From positions 1,472,001 through 1,536,000 of the forward strand of contig OZ250165.1 in the NCBI GenBank assembly GCA_965238005.1: a stretch of 64,000 nt of DNA, given 5' to 3'. The notes under the pieces are model-generated. The model made no database searches, was not told the origin of the DNA, and was given only the letters and a program-made list of their open reading frames with translations. Positions 1 through 9,850 of this stretch are shown here, one piece after another; position 1 is the stretch's first letter, and each line of letters begins with the position of its first letter. The position numbers were made by a program, and so were the translations under genes. This DNA is from Longimicrobiales bacterium (lineage in GTDB: Bacteria; Gemmatimonadota; Gemmatimonadetes; Longimicrobiales; Gaopeijiaceae).

Positions 1-310
1 CCGGCTGGTCGCCACGGGCCTCACCATGGAACTGCCCGAGGGATTAGAGTGTCAGGTCCGGCCGCGGTCGGGCCTGGCGCTCCGGCACGGGATCACCCTC
101 CCCAACAGCCCGGGGACCATCGACCCGGATTACAGGGGCGAGCTGCGCATCATCATGCAGAACAACGGAAGCGAGTCCGTCCGTATCGAGCGCGGGGAGC
201 GGATCGCCCAGTTCGTCTTTCAGCGCTTTGCTACGCCCGAAGTTGTGGAGTGCGATGAACTCGGTTCCACCGGAAGGAGTTCGGAAGGCTTCGGAAGCAC
301 GGGACGATGA
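1..310 (+). CDS. dut: dUTP pyrophosphatase (5'-truncated by window edge)
   Basis: Motifs [25 protein letters not shown] and C-terminal GFGSTG. Confidence 0.95.
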   Translation, partial: RLVATGLTMELPEGLECQVRPRSGLALRHGITLPNSPGTIDPDYRGELRIIMQNNGSESVRIERGERIAQFVFQRFATPEVVECDELGSTGRSSEGFGSTGR

Positions 311-455
311 CAGCCGACGGCCCGGACGCTGCAACTCACAGTTTGACAATGACTTGACGCCACATTTCTTGCAGGCATCTTGAGGTGATGATAGTGTGGT
401 GTCTGCAAGATTCTGAGACCAGAGAGAATCTCCGATAGCCCAGACCTTCACCAAA

Positions 456-1481
456 TTGCTTGAAACCTACCGGTTGATCCCCGTGAACGACATCGCGGTG
501 GATCTCGGGACGGCGAATACCCTCGTATACGTGAAGGGCGAGGGAATCGTCCTCAACGAGCCCTCGGTTGTGGCGGTGGACAAGGCGTCCGGCCGGATCA
601 TGGGTGTCGGGCTCGAGGCCAAACGCATGCTGGGCCGTACGCCCGAAGGGATCGAAGCCGTTCGGCCCCTCAAGGACGGAGTCATCGCCGACGTCGACGT
701 GACGGAGTTGATGCTCCGTCACTTCCTGAAGCAGGTGACCGCCAAGCGGGTCTTCCAGATCAAGCCCAGGGTCGTCGTGGGTGTACCGTCGGGAATCACG
801 GAGCTGGAGCGACGGGCAGTGCGCTCCAGCGCGATCTCTGCGGGTGCGAAGGCCGTCTACATGGTCGCCGAGCCCATGGCTGCGGCTATCGGCGTGGGCC
901 TGTCGGTGGAGACTCCCACGGGCAACATGGTCATCGACATCGGGGGTGGAACCACCGAGATCGCGATCATCGCGCTGGCGGGCATCGTTTCGAACACGTC
1001 GATCCGGGTCGGTGGGGACGAGCTCGACGCGGCCATCGTGACGTTCCTCCGCAAGAACTACAACCTTCTGATCGGAGAGCCGACGGCAGAAGCCATCAAG
1101 ATCCAGATCGGATCGGCCTTCGAATCCGGAGAGGAGCGGGAGATGGACGTGAAGGGGAGGGACCTCGTGAGTGGCATCCCCAAGACCGTCCACGTGCACT
1201 CGCAGGAGATCCGTGAGTGCATCCAGGAGCCTATCCAGGCGGTGGTGGAGGCCGTTCGGCGTGCTCTGGAGATCACGCCCCCCGAGCTCTCCAGCGACAT
1301 CGTGGACCGTGGAATCGTGATGACGGGGGGCGGCGCCCTAATCCGGGGCCTGGACCGGCTTCTGCAGCATGAGACGAACCTGCCCATCCACGTGGACGAG
1401 GAGCCTCTCACGTGCGTGGTGCGGGGAGCTGGCCGGATCCTGGATGACCTACGGAAATACCGCACGGTGTTGGCGACATAG
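456..1481 (+). CDS. mreB: Rod shape-determining protein MreB (true start uncertain, possibly 435)
   Basis: DLGTANT, VRPLKDGVIAD, DIGGGTTE, GGGALI; first gene of the mre operon. Confidence 0.97.
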   Translation: MLETYRLIPVNDIAVDLGTANTLVYVKGEGIVLNEPSVVAVDKASGRIMGVGLEAKRMLGRTPEGIEAVRPLKDGVIADVDVTELMLRHFLKQVTAKRVFQIKPRVVVGVPSGITELERRAVRSSAISAGAKAVYMVAEPMAAAIGVGLSVETPTGNMVIDIGGGTTEIAIIALAGIVSNTSIRVGGDELDAAIVTFLRKNYNLLIGEPTAEAIKIQIGSAFESGEEREMDVKGRDLVSGIPKTVHVHSQEIRECIQEPIQAVVEAVRRALEITPPELSSDIVDRGIVMTGGGALIRGLDRLLQHETNLPIHVDEEPLTCVVRGAGRILDDLRKYRTVLAT

Positions 1482-1542
1482 TGTAGGAGTCTTGGAGAGC
1501 CTACACTGACCACCCCACCCTCTTCAGGGGCTCGGCAGCGCC

Positions 1543-2403
1543 ATGCCAACGTACACCGATGAGACCAATGGGACGAAACCGAGCCGAAGCGGGCTGATCG
1601 CCCTCGGGTTCGTCGTCGTCTCCCTCCTGGTGCTGTACTTCCCGGACGGAGCGCAACAGCAGTTGGCTTCGCTCATGCGGGGTAGCATCCTCCGACCCTT
1701 CGTGATGACCCAGGAGGGCCTCGCCCGCAGGCGTGTGCACGCCGCGAAGACCGAAGCCCTACAGCTGCAGTTGGACTCGTTGGCGTCGGTCCTCTCAGAT
1801 CAAACCACGTTGGCGGAAGAGAACGATCGTCTCCGGCGCCTTCTCGATCTGTCCCAGCGGCTCTCGTCGATGTATGTGGCGGCCAGCGTGATCCGGCCGG
1901 GGACGCCGGGCTCCGAGAGCATGTTCCTCCTGGACGCCGGAGGCCGTCGCGGTGTGGTGGCCAACACGCCCGTGATCATGGGGCGAGGGCTCCTCGGCGT
2001 GGTGCGGGAGTCCCGCGAGAACAACGCGGTCGGAATGGATTGGACCCATCCGGAGTTCCGCGCCAGCGCCATGACGCTGGATGGCGCCGTGTATGGTCTG
2101 GTGCAGGCTAACCGGGGGTTGTTCCGGGAGTCCGATCGGCTGCTGCTGGACGGGATTCCGTTCCATCAGGAGCTGGCGCCCGGGACTGTTCTGGTCACGA
2201 GCGCCCTCGGTGGGGTCTACCCCCGGGGCATCCCCATCGGCACGGTCATCGAAGAGGCCGAGTCGCGGGCCGGTTGGCGGCGTTCCTATTGGTTGCGCCC
2301 GTTCGTGTCCCCCGGAGAGGCTACGCACGTGCTCGTTCTGGTGCCCGACGAGGCGTCCAAAGACCTGACCGACGTCTGGTCGCAGGGAGAGCCGGGTTCG
2401 TGA
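1543..2403 (+). CDS. mreC: Rod shape-determining protein MreC
   Basis: N-terminal TM, coiled coil (EENDRLRRLL), VTSALGGVYPRGIPIG; lies between mreB and mreD. Confidence 0.92.
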   Translation: MPTYTDETNGTKPSRSGLIALGFVVVSLLVLYFPDGAQQQLASLMRGSILRPFVMTQEGLARRRVHAAKTEALQLQLDSLASVLSDQTTLAEENDRLRRLLDLSQRLSSMYVAASVIRPGTPGSESMFLLDAGGRRGVVANTPVIMGRGLLGVVRESRENNAVGMDWTHPEFRASAMTLDGAVYGLVQANRGLFRESDRLLLDGIPFHQELAPGTVLVTSALGGVYPRGIPIGTVIEEAESRAGWRRSYWLRPFVSPGEATHVLVLVPDEASKDLTDVWSQGEPGS

Positions 2404-2882
2404 AGGGTCCTCTCAGGGTGTGGGGTGTCGTCGGGCTCCTCGTCCTCCTGCACTTCGGCCTTCATCTGAGTCTCGGCCTGGGCAGGAGCGCTCCCGACCT
2501 GCTCATCGTGGCTCTCCTGATCGCCGCCCGCGAAGTGGGGGCGGGGGCCGGAGCCGGCCTGGGGTTTCTATTCGGGCTCATGGACGACGCCTTCTCGGTG
2601 CTGGCCTTCGGAGCCAACACCTTCGCTCTGACTCTCGTCGGGGCGGCGGGAGCCAAGACGAGGGATCTGTTCGTGGGTGACTCCCTCATCTTCATGGTGT
2701 CGTATCTCGTCTTCGGAAAGTGGTGCAGGGATCTCCTTCATTGGGTTGCGGTAGGCGAGGCGGTGAGAGAACCTTTCCTCGATACGATGTTGATCAACTC
2801 GCCGCTGGCCGCGGCATACGCCGCTTTGATCGGACTGGGTGCGATAGTGATCAGCGGCATCGGGTGGGAGACCGTACGGTGA
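2400..2882 (+). CDS. mreD: Rod shape-determining protein MreD
   Basis: Hydrophobic 160-aa protein with PDLL and GFLFGLMDDAFS; GTG start overlaps mreC stop. Confidence 0.88.
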   Translation: MKGPLRVWGVVGLLVLLHFGLHLSLGLGRSAPDLLIVALLIAAREVGAGAGAGLGFLFGLMDDAFSVLAFGANTFALTLVGAAGAKTRDLFVGDSLIFMVSYLVFGKWCRDLLHWVAVGEAVREPFLDTMLINSPLAAAYAALIGLGAIVISGIGWETVR

Positions 2883-4711
2883 GAGTGCAGCACCCACACC
2901 GCAGGAGACGACGGGCCCACGGGGCGCTGGGAATCGCTGCCATCGTCATCGGAGCTCTGGCCCTGCAGTTCTTTCGGGTCCAGGTACTCCGCTCCAGCGA
3001 CTACAAGCTCCGCTCGGAGTCCAACCGCTTGCGTCCTTCGGCGGTCCCTGCCCCCCGGGGGACGGTCTTCGACCGATACGCGCGTGTCATCGCCGACAAC
3101 GTTCCGGGGTACGCGGTTTACGTTCTCAGGGACTCGCGGGAGTCCACCCGGGAAGCCCTGGAGCGACTGCGACCCCATCTTGGGCTCTCCCACGAGAGGA
3201 TCGAGAGCCTCATGGAGCGGGTGCGTCGCCATGAGCCCCTCCTCGTGGACATCGACGCCGACTTCGCAGCCATCGCCATTTTGGAGGAGCGCCGGGAAGA
3301 CTTCCCTGGGGTCTACATCGAGATGCGACCCAAGCGCCGCTATATCGGGGGGGCGGCGGTGGGGCATGCCCTCGGGTACGTCGGCGAGGTAACGGCCGAA
3401 GAGCTCGAGACGGCCCGCTTCGCCGAATACGAGCAGGGGATGCTCGTCGGGCAGGTCGGAGTCGAGCGCCAGTACGAGGATAGGCTCCAGGGTCGGCAGG
3501 GGATGCGTTACCTGGAGGTGGACGCCACGGGGCGCATCGTGGGCCCATTGGCCGGCATCGAGGAGGACCCGGGACAGCCCGGCGAAGATCTTGAGCTCAC
3601 GCTCGATCTGGAGCTGATGGAGTGGGTCCATCGGATCTTCCCGGATTCCCTGTCTGGCGCCGTGGTCGCGTTGGACCCGGCGGACGGCGGCGTATTGGCC
3701 CTGTACTCGGCTCCGACGTTCGACCCCAACGCCTTCGTGGGAGGCATCAGCACCGAGGACTGGGAGGCCCTCGACACCGATCCACAAAAGCCTCTTGTCA
3801 ATCGAGCCGTGATGGGTCTCTATCCCCCGGCGTCGACGTGGAAGCTGGCCGCGGCCGGCATCGCCCTCGAGCTCGGAGTCGTGGGTCCACATGAGGAGAT
3901 GCCGATTCCGTGCACCGGCGGATTGGTGTACGGCGGCGAGTATCGCTCGTGCTGGCTTCCCTCGGGCCACGGCTCTCTCGACCTCGCCGGGGCCATCGCC
4001 CAGTCATGCAACGTGTACTTCTATCAGCTCGGCATGAAGATCGGACTGGATCGCATGTTGGAGGCGGGTACTCGGATCGGGTTCGCAGAACAGTGCGGCA
4101 TCGACCTTCCACAGGAGAGCCGGGGCATCTTTCCTGGCGAGAGGGCTTTTTGGGAGCGCCGATTCGGCTATCGTCCGCTCGAGGGTGAGGTCCTGAGTTT
4201 GGCCATCGGCCAGGGACCGAACTCCCAGACGCCTCTCAAGATGGCCCAGTTCTACCTGGCGCTCGCCCGCGACGGATCGGCTCCGGCCCCACACCTGCTG
4301 AAGAGCCCGGATCCGCGGGAGGGCTGGCGGCTGAACCTCTCTCGCGAGAGCATCGAGCAGCTCCGGGAGGGGATTCGGCGGGTCACTGCCCCTGGCGGTA
4401 CGGCGCACTACCGGGCCTCCCTCGAGCATTGGGAGATCATCGGCAAGACGGGAAGCGGACAGAACGCGCAGGACCCCGAACGTGCCCACGCGTGGTTCGC
4501 GGGCATGGCGGGCCCCTGGGGCGCAGAGCCGGAGATCGTGGTCGTGGCTCTGGTCGAGTTCGGTGGGAGCGGCTCCGCGATGGCGGCGCCCATCGCCGCC
4601 AAGACCGCCGACTTCTACCTCCGACGGAAGCACGGTATTCCGGTGGACACCATCCAGACCTTCGCCGAGCACGTGGAGGCGGGCAGACCGGCACCGTGGG
4701 CTCGTTGGTGA
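2879..4711 (+). CDS. mrdA: Penicillin-binding protein 2 (class B transpeptidase)
   Basis: APRG, SxxK (STWK), SxN (SCN) and KTG motifs; GTGA overlap with mreD. Confidence 0.95.
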   Translation: MRVQHPHRRRRRAHGALGIAAIVIGALALQFFRVQVLRSSDYKLRSESNRLRPSAVPAPRGTVFDRYARVIADNVPGYAVYVLRDSRESTREALERLRPHLGLSHERIESLMERVRRHEPLLVDIDADFAAIAILEERREDFPGVYIEMRPKRRYIGGAAVGHALGYVGEVTAEELETARFAEYEQGMLVGQVGVERQYEDRLQGRQGMRYLEVDATGRIVGPLAGIEEDPGQPGEDLELTLDLELMEWVHRIFPDSLSGAVVALDPADGGVLALYSAPTFDPNAFVGGISTEDWEALDTDPQKPLVNRAVMGLYPPASTWKLAAAGIALELGVVGPHEEMPIPCTGGLVYGGEYRSCWLPSGHGSLDLAGAIAQSCNVYFYQLGMKIGLDRMLEAGTRIGFAEQCGIDLPQESRGIFPGERAFWERRFGYRPLEGEVLSLAIGQGPNSQTPLKMAQFYLALARDGSAPAPHLLKSPDPREGWRLNLSRESIEQLREGIRRVTAPGGTAHYRASLEHWEIIGKTGSGQNAQDPERAHAWFAGMAGPWGAEPEIVVVALVEFGGSGSAMAAPIAAKTADFYLRRKHGIPVDTIQTFAEHVEAGRPAPWARW

Positions 4712-4747
4712 GCGCGAAGGGCACGAAAGGGGCGGCTAGGCTCCTCG

Positions 4748-5986
4748 GTGTTCCGTAGAGCCTTCGCCCGTTGGGCCGGAGCCCCCGCGCTGGTCCTGGC
4801 CGTCATGCTCATGACAGCGTTCGGGATCGCCATGATCTATTCGGCAGGCGTCCTCAACATTCCGCGCTCCGTCACGGAGGGAGCGTGGATTCGCCAGGCC
4901 CGCTGGTTCGTGCTCGCCCTCGTGGCCTTTACCGTGGTCCGCCAGCTGCGCCCTCGCTGGTTCGAGTGGGTCGCCCTACCCGCATACGGCCTCAGCGTCC
5001 TGCTCCTGGGGATGACACTTGTGGTAGGTACCGTATCCGGGACGGCTACGGGGGTGAAGAGCTTCCTGGACCTCGGGTTCATCCGGTTCCAGCCGGCGGA
5101 GCTCGCCAAGTTGGCGACCATCCTCGCCCTGGCCCGCTATCTGGGGACTCGCTCCGAAGATCCCACGACCCTCCGGGCCCTGCTCACTCCGTCGGCCATC
5201 GTCGGCATCCCCCTGGGATTGGTGATTCTCCAGCCCGATCTCGGGACGGCTCTCGCCTTCGTGGGGATCCTCTTCGCCGCTCTCTATTGGGCGGGTGCCC
5301 CCATCGGGCTCCTGGCGTTCCTGGCGAGTCCCGGGGTCGCGTTGATCTTGAGCTTCGACAACCGGATCTGGGCCGTGTTCTTCGTGGTCGTCGTAGGCTC
5401 TCTCTACTTCTTTCGCTACCGTCTGTTTCTGGTGGAGTCTCTGACCATCGTCCTGGCGAATCTCGCGGCGGGAACCATCGCGACCCCCCTCTGGAACTCC
5501 CTGGCCGAGTACCAGCAGAACCGCATTCTGGTCTTTCTGGACCCCAGCGTCGATCCGCGTGGGGCGGCGTATCATCTCATACAGTCCATGGTCGCCATCG
5601 GCAGCGGCGGGCTGAGCGGGAAGGGGTTCACCGAGGGGACCCAGAAGAGGTTGGACTTCCTCCCCGAGCAGCACACGGACTTTATCTTCTCGGTCGTCGG
5701 TGAGGAGTTGGGCTTTCTCGGAACCGGGCTGGCCCTGGCCCTGTTCGCCTTCATCCTGTACCGCCTCGTGAAAATGGCCGAAGAGGCCGCGGATCCATTT
5801 GCAGGCCTGGTGATCTTCGGTATCTTCGGAGCCTGGCTGGTCCACATTTTCGTGAATGTCGGCATGACCGTCGGCATGGTACCGGTCACGGGAATACCCC
5901 TACCCTTCGTTAGCTACGGCGGAACCTTCCTCCTCATGTCCTGGATCGCCGTCGCGATGGCGGCTAGGGTCGCATACGAGGGATGA
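4748..5986 (+). CDS. rodA: SEDS peptidoglycan glycosyltransferase RodA
   Basis: FQPAELAK, QPDLGT, LPEQHTDFIFSVVGEELG, GIPLPFVSYGG; follows mrdA. Confidence 0.95.
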   Translation: MFRRAFARWAGAPALVLAVMLMTAFGIAMIYSAGVLNIPRSVTEGAWIRQARWFVLALVAFTVVRQLRPRWFEWVALPAYGLSVLLLGMTLVVGTVSGTATGVKSFLDLGFIRFQPAELAKLATILALARYLGTRSEDPTTLRALLTPSAIVGIPLGLVILQPDLGTALAFVGILFAALYWAGAPIGLLAFLASPGVALILSFDNRIWAVFFVVVVGSLYFFRYRLFLVESLTIVLANLAAGTIATPLWNSLAEYQQNRILVFLDPSVDPRGAAYHLIQSMVAIGSGGLSGKGFTEGTQKRLDFLPEQHTDFIFSVVGEELGFLGTGLALALFAFILYRLVKMAEEAADPFAGLVIFGIFGAWLVHIFVNVGMTVGMVPVTGIPLPFVSYGGTFLLMSWIAVAMAARVAYEG

Positions 5987-5995
5987 GCCCAGCCA

Positions 5996-6835
5996 ATGGC
6001 CTGGTTTCGGAAAGACAAACAGCCCCTCAAGGCGGAAGACAGGCGCGACGTACCGTCCGACGTGTTCGACAAGTGCCAGGGGTGCGGGGAGATTCTCTAC
6101 GGCGAAAAGCTTACCCAAAACCTCAAGGTGTGCCCCGCCTGTGGCCACCACTTCCGCATAACGGCGGAGAGGTACGTCGAGATCCTCCTTGACGAAGGAT
6201 CCTTCGAGGAGATCGACCGCGACATCGGCAGCGCCGATCCCCTCGGATTCCAGGACCTCAAGCCGTATAAGGCCCGCCTGGAGGCCGCAGAGTCCAAGGT
6301 CGGCAGGAAGGAGGCCGTCCTGTCGGGGACCGGGAGGGTCGAGGGTATGGGCGTGGCTCTGGCGGTCATGGATTTCCGCTTCGTCGGCGGCTCCATGGGG
6401 TCCGTGGTGGGGGAGAAGATCGCGCGTGCTGGCCAGGCCGCTCTTGAACGTAGGGAGCCTCTCGTGGTCGTCAGCGCCTCAGGCGGTGCTCGGATGCAGG
6501 AGGGTATCTACTCCCTGATGCAGATGGCCAAGACGTCTGCCGTGCTTGCTCGTCTCCACGAAGCCGGTCTCCCCTATATCGCAGTGCTCACGGATCCTAC
6601 CACCGGTGGCGTAACGGCGTCCCACGCCATGCTCGGGGACGTGAACCTCGCCGAGCCAGGGGCCCTCATCGGGTTCGCCGGCCCCCGGGTCATCGAAGAG
6701 ACCATCCGCCAGGAGCTTCCGGAGGGATTTCAGCGTTCCGAGTTCTTGCTCCAGCACGGGATGATCGACCGGGTCGTGGACCGGCGAGAGCTAAAGGCCA
6801 CGGTGGCCACCCTCCTCCGCCACATGATCGACTGA
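5996..6835 (+). CDS. accD: Acetyl-CoA carboxylase carboxyltransferase beta subunit
   Basis: CxxC...CxxC zinc ribbon, [38 protein letters not shown]. Confidence 0.97.
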   Translation: MAWFRKDKQPLKAEDRRDVPSDVFDKCQGCGEILYGEKLTQNLKVCPACGHHFRITAERYVEILLDEGSFEEIDRDIGSADPLGFQDLKPYKARLEAAESKVGRKEAVLSGTGRVEGMGVALAVMDFRFVGGSMGSVVGEKIARAGQAALERREPLVVVSASGGARMQEGIYSLMQMAKTSAVLARLHEAGLPYIAVLTDPTTGGVTASHAMLGDVNLAEPGALIGFAGPRVIEETIRQELPEGFQRSEFLLQHGMIDRVVDRRELKATVATLLRHMID

Positions 6836-8202
6836 TGGAAGGACCCGACCTGTCTCCGGGTTACTTATCCGTTCTGTCTCCCGCCCGACTCGACTCCGCG
6901 GCGGGTGACCCCTTCTTGGACGAGCTGCTCCCCCGGCTCACGCACGGCGTCCACTGGGGCCTCTCCCGGATGGAGGCCTTCCTCCGGGGCACGGGGGACC
7001 CCCACCGCTCGTATCCGAGCGTTCATTTGGGAGGAACGAACGGGAAGGGGTCCGTGGCGTCTACCGTGTCTGCGGCTCTCGAACGAGGGGGGAGCACTAC
7101 CGGACTCTACACCTCTCCGCACCTGTGCTCCTTCCGTGAGCGGTTTCAGGTGGCCGGCCATCCGGTGGAGGAAGGCGAGCTGCGAGAGCTCATACGGGAC
7201 CTGAGAGACGACATCGTCCGTCACGAGCTGACCTTCTTCGAGGCCGCCACGGCCTTGGCGTTCCACCTGTTCCAACGTCGAAGCGTGGACGTGGCCGTCA
7301 TCGAGGTGGGCCTGGGGGGGCGGCTGGACGCCACCAACGTCGTCACGCCGCTGATCACCGCAATCACCAATGTGGCCAAGGACCATTCGGAGTACCTGGG
7401 TGAGACGCTGTCCGAGATCGCCCGGGAGAAGGCCGGTATTATCAAGGCCGGCGTTCCACTGCTCACCGGTGAAAGCGATGAGCAAATGCTGTCGGTCTTC
7501 GAGGACGTCTGCGACCGGATGGAGGCTCCCTTCTCGCCCCTGCGCCTCGACCCGGAAGAGATGGATCTCGAGATCACCGAGGCTCACACGTCCTTTACGG
7601 TCTCCACCCACGTGTGGGGATCGCTCCGGGTCCGCACCCCGCTGGTGGGTGAGCACCAGGCCATCAACGGTGCGCTGTCTGTAGCGATCCTCGGGCACCT
7701 GCCGGAGTCGCTTCGTCCCGATGCGCGGACCGTTCTGGATGGGATCGAGAGCGTCTGTTGGCCCGGGCGCTCTCAGGTCGTGCACCTCGACGGTCAGACA
7801 TGGCTCTTCGATGTGGCTCATAACCCGGCCGGCGCCTACGCCCTGGCGTCCGTGCTGGAGCGACTCGCGCTGCCGCGGCCGATGGTCTTGCTGACTGCCG
7901 TGCTCGGGGACAAGGACTGGCGCTCCATCCTGCCGCCACTCTTCGCGAGGACCGACCACGCGGTCTTCACCCAGGCGCCTTCGGCCCCACCGGAGCGGCG
8001 CTGGGATCCCTATGTCGCGTCACTGGCCGTGGGCCGTTCCGAGGCCGAGATCCGTCCCGACTTCGGCGAGGCCCTCGAACGGGCCAAGGAGCTTGCCGGG
8101 TCGGGGACCATCGTTGTGACGGGCTCGAACCACACCGTCGGTGACGCCCTCGGGGCCCTCGATCTGTCGCCGTTCCAGCAACCACCGGGCCGGGGATCCT
8201 GA
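6835..8202 (+). CDS. folC: Bifunctional folylpolyglutamate synthase/dihydrofolate synthase
   Basis: GTNGKGS, YTSPHL, EVGLGGRLDATN, DVAHN; classic accD-folC synteny. Confidence 0.95.
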   Translation: MEGPDLSPGYLSVLSPARLDSAAGDPFLDELLPRLTHGVHWGLSRMEAFLRGTGDPHRSYPSVHLGGTNGKGSVASTVSAALERGGSTTGLYTSPHLCSFRERFQVAGHPVEEGELRELIRDLRDDIVRHELTFFEAATALAFHLFQRRSVDVAVIEVGLGGRLDATNVVTPLITAITNVAKDHSEYLGETLSEIAREKAGIIKAGVPLLTGESDEQMLSVFEDVCDRMEAPFSPLRLDPEEMDLEITEAHTSFTVSTHVWGSLRVRTPLVGEHQAINGALSVAILGHLPESLRPDARTVLDGIESVCWPGRSQVVHLDGQTWLFDVAHNPAGAYALASVLERLALPRPMVLLTAVLGDKDWRSILPPLFARTDHAVFTQAPSAPPERRWDPYVASLAVGRSEAEIRPDFGEALERAKELAGSGTIVVTGSNHTVGDALGALDLSPFQQPPGRGS

Positions 8203-8261
8203 GACGGCAGAAGAGCCCGCGGCCACTGTACATTTGAGACGTCTGGTTTAGATTCGCCCGC

Positions 8262-9545
8262 ATGTCGAAGCCAATCTTCGCGCGCCTTCCTGGATTCCGT
8301 GACTTTATCCCGGAAGAATTCGCCTTCCGCGAGCATATCTTGGACGCCTGGCGCCGGGTCTCCCGCCGCTACGGTTTCTTGGAATACGACGGTCCCCCCC
8401 TGGAGCCTCTCGGACTCTACGTGGAGAAGAGTGGCGAGGAGATCGTCGGCCAGCTGTACCACTTCCAGGACAAAGGTGAGCGGGAGGTCTCGCTACGTCC
8501 CGAAATGACGCCGTCCCTTGCCCGCATCCTGGCCGAGCACAGCCGCTCCCTGGCCAAGCCCATCCGCTGGTTCTCCGTACCGCAGCTCTTCCGCTACGAG
8601 CGTCAGCAGAGGGGCCGCCTCAGGGAGCACTTCCAGTGGAACGTAGATGTTGTGGGCGAGGAGGGCGTTGCCGCGGATGTTGAGGTACTGGCCGTGGGGC
8701 TGGACGGACTCCGCGAGCTCGGACTCGGCCCCGACGATATCCTGGCACGGGTTTCCGATCGACGCCTGCTGTCCGAGGTGCTCTCGGCTTTCGGAGTAGA
8801 AGAGGAGCGTCTCGTCACGGCTTTCGCCGTCATCGACAAGCTCGAGCGCGCGAGTCCCGACCGCTCCCTCGAGAGACTCCGGACCGAGGGGGGCCTCAAC
8901 GAGGACAACGCGCGTGTGGCGCTGGAGCTGTTCGAGGAAGGGACCTTGGAGGGGGTCGCGTCCCGCCTGGGCGATCAGGAGGGCGTAGCCCCAGAGCTGG
9001 AGCGTCTCGAGGCCTACTTCGACCAGCTCGAGGCCATGGGCCTGGGTCCGTACGTGCAGTTCGATCTCAGGATCGTCCGAGGGCTGGCCTATTACACCGG
9101 AATCGTCTTCGAGCTCTTCGACCGAAAGGGGGAGCTTCGGGCCATCTGTGGAGGCGGTCGGTATGACAGGCTCCTGGAGCTCGTTGGAGGTGACCCCCTT
9201 CCCGCCGTCGGGTTCGGCATGGGAGACGTGGTCCTCGGGGACCTGATCCGCGAGCGAGGGCTCATGCCCGAGACTCGCCCCCAGGTGGACTACTATATCG
9301 TCGTCATCGGGGAAGAGCACCGGAAGCTTGCGCTCTCCATAGCCCACGCCAATCGCGACCGCGGCTTGAGCGTGCTTTATGGGCTGAAGGAGCAGTCGGT
9401 GCGAAAGCAGTTCACGGCCGCCGGGAACGCGGGAGCTCGGGACGTCATCGTCCTCGGTCCCGACGAGGTTGCTCGGGGCCGGGCCGTGATCCGGAATATG
9501 GCCTCCGGGGAGGAACGGGAAGTACCCCTGGAGGAGCTCGAATGA
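8262..9545 (+). CDS. hisS: Histidine--tRNA ligase
   Basis: LRPEMT, FRYERQQRGRLREHFQ, RGLAYYTG, GGGRYD. Confidence 0.96.
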   Translation: MSKPIFARLPGFRDFIPEEFAFREHILDAWRRVSRRYGFLEYDGPPLEPLGLYVEKSGEEIVGQLYHFQDKGEREVSLRPEMTPSLARILAEHSRSLAKPIRWFSVPQLFRYERQQRGRLREHFQWNVDVVGEEGVAADVEVLAVGLDGLRELGLGPDDILARVSDRRLLSEVLSAFGVEEERLVTAFAVIDKLERASPDRSLERLRTEGGLNEDNARVALELFEEGTLEGVASRLGDQEGVAPELERLEAYFDQLEAMGLGPYVQFDLRIVRGLAYYTGIVFELFDRKGELRAICGGGRYDRLLELVGGDPLPAVGFGMGDVVLGDLIRERGLMPETRPQVDYYIVVIGEEHRKLALSIAHANRDRGLSVLYGLKEQSVRKQFTAAGNAGARDVIVLGPDEVARGRAVIRNMASGEEREVPLEELE

Positions 9546-9850
9546 TGTCGCGTGACGACTCCCACCCCGAGACGCGGCGCATGATGGAGACGGCCATTCG
9601 GCGGCTCAACGCCCTCGAGTACGTGATCCTCGCCGTGGCCATGGCACTGGCGCTGGCGGCCGGCGCACTCACGGCGTGGCTCGTCCAGAGCGCCACGGGC
9701 GCCTCGTTCAGGATCTCCTGGATCGTGGCGTCGCTCCTGTTCTTCGGAGTGCCGGGTTTCATAGTGCTCCGAAAGGAGCACCGAGTCGAGGTGACGAAAG
9801 GCACGCAGGACCCTGTCCGGGATTCCACCACCAAGAGGGATGATGGCTGA
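9542..9850 (+). CDS. Small two-TM membrane protein, unknown function
   Basis: Overlaps hisS and proS ends; two hydrophobic segments. Confidence 0.75.
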   Translation: MMSRDDSHPETRRMMETAIRRLNALEYVILAVAMALALAAGALTAWLVQSATGASFRISWIVASLLFFGVPGFIVLRKEHRVEVTKGTQDPVRDSTTKRDDG

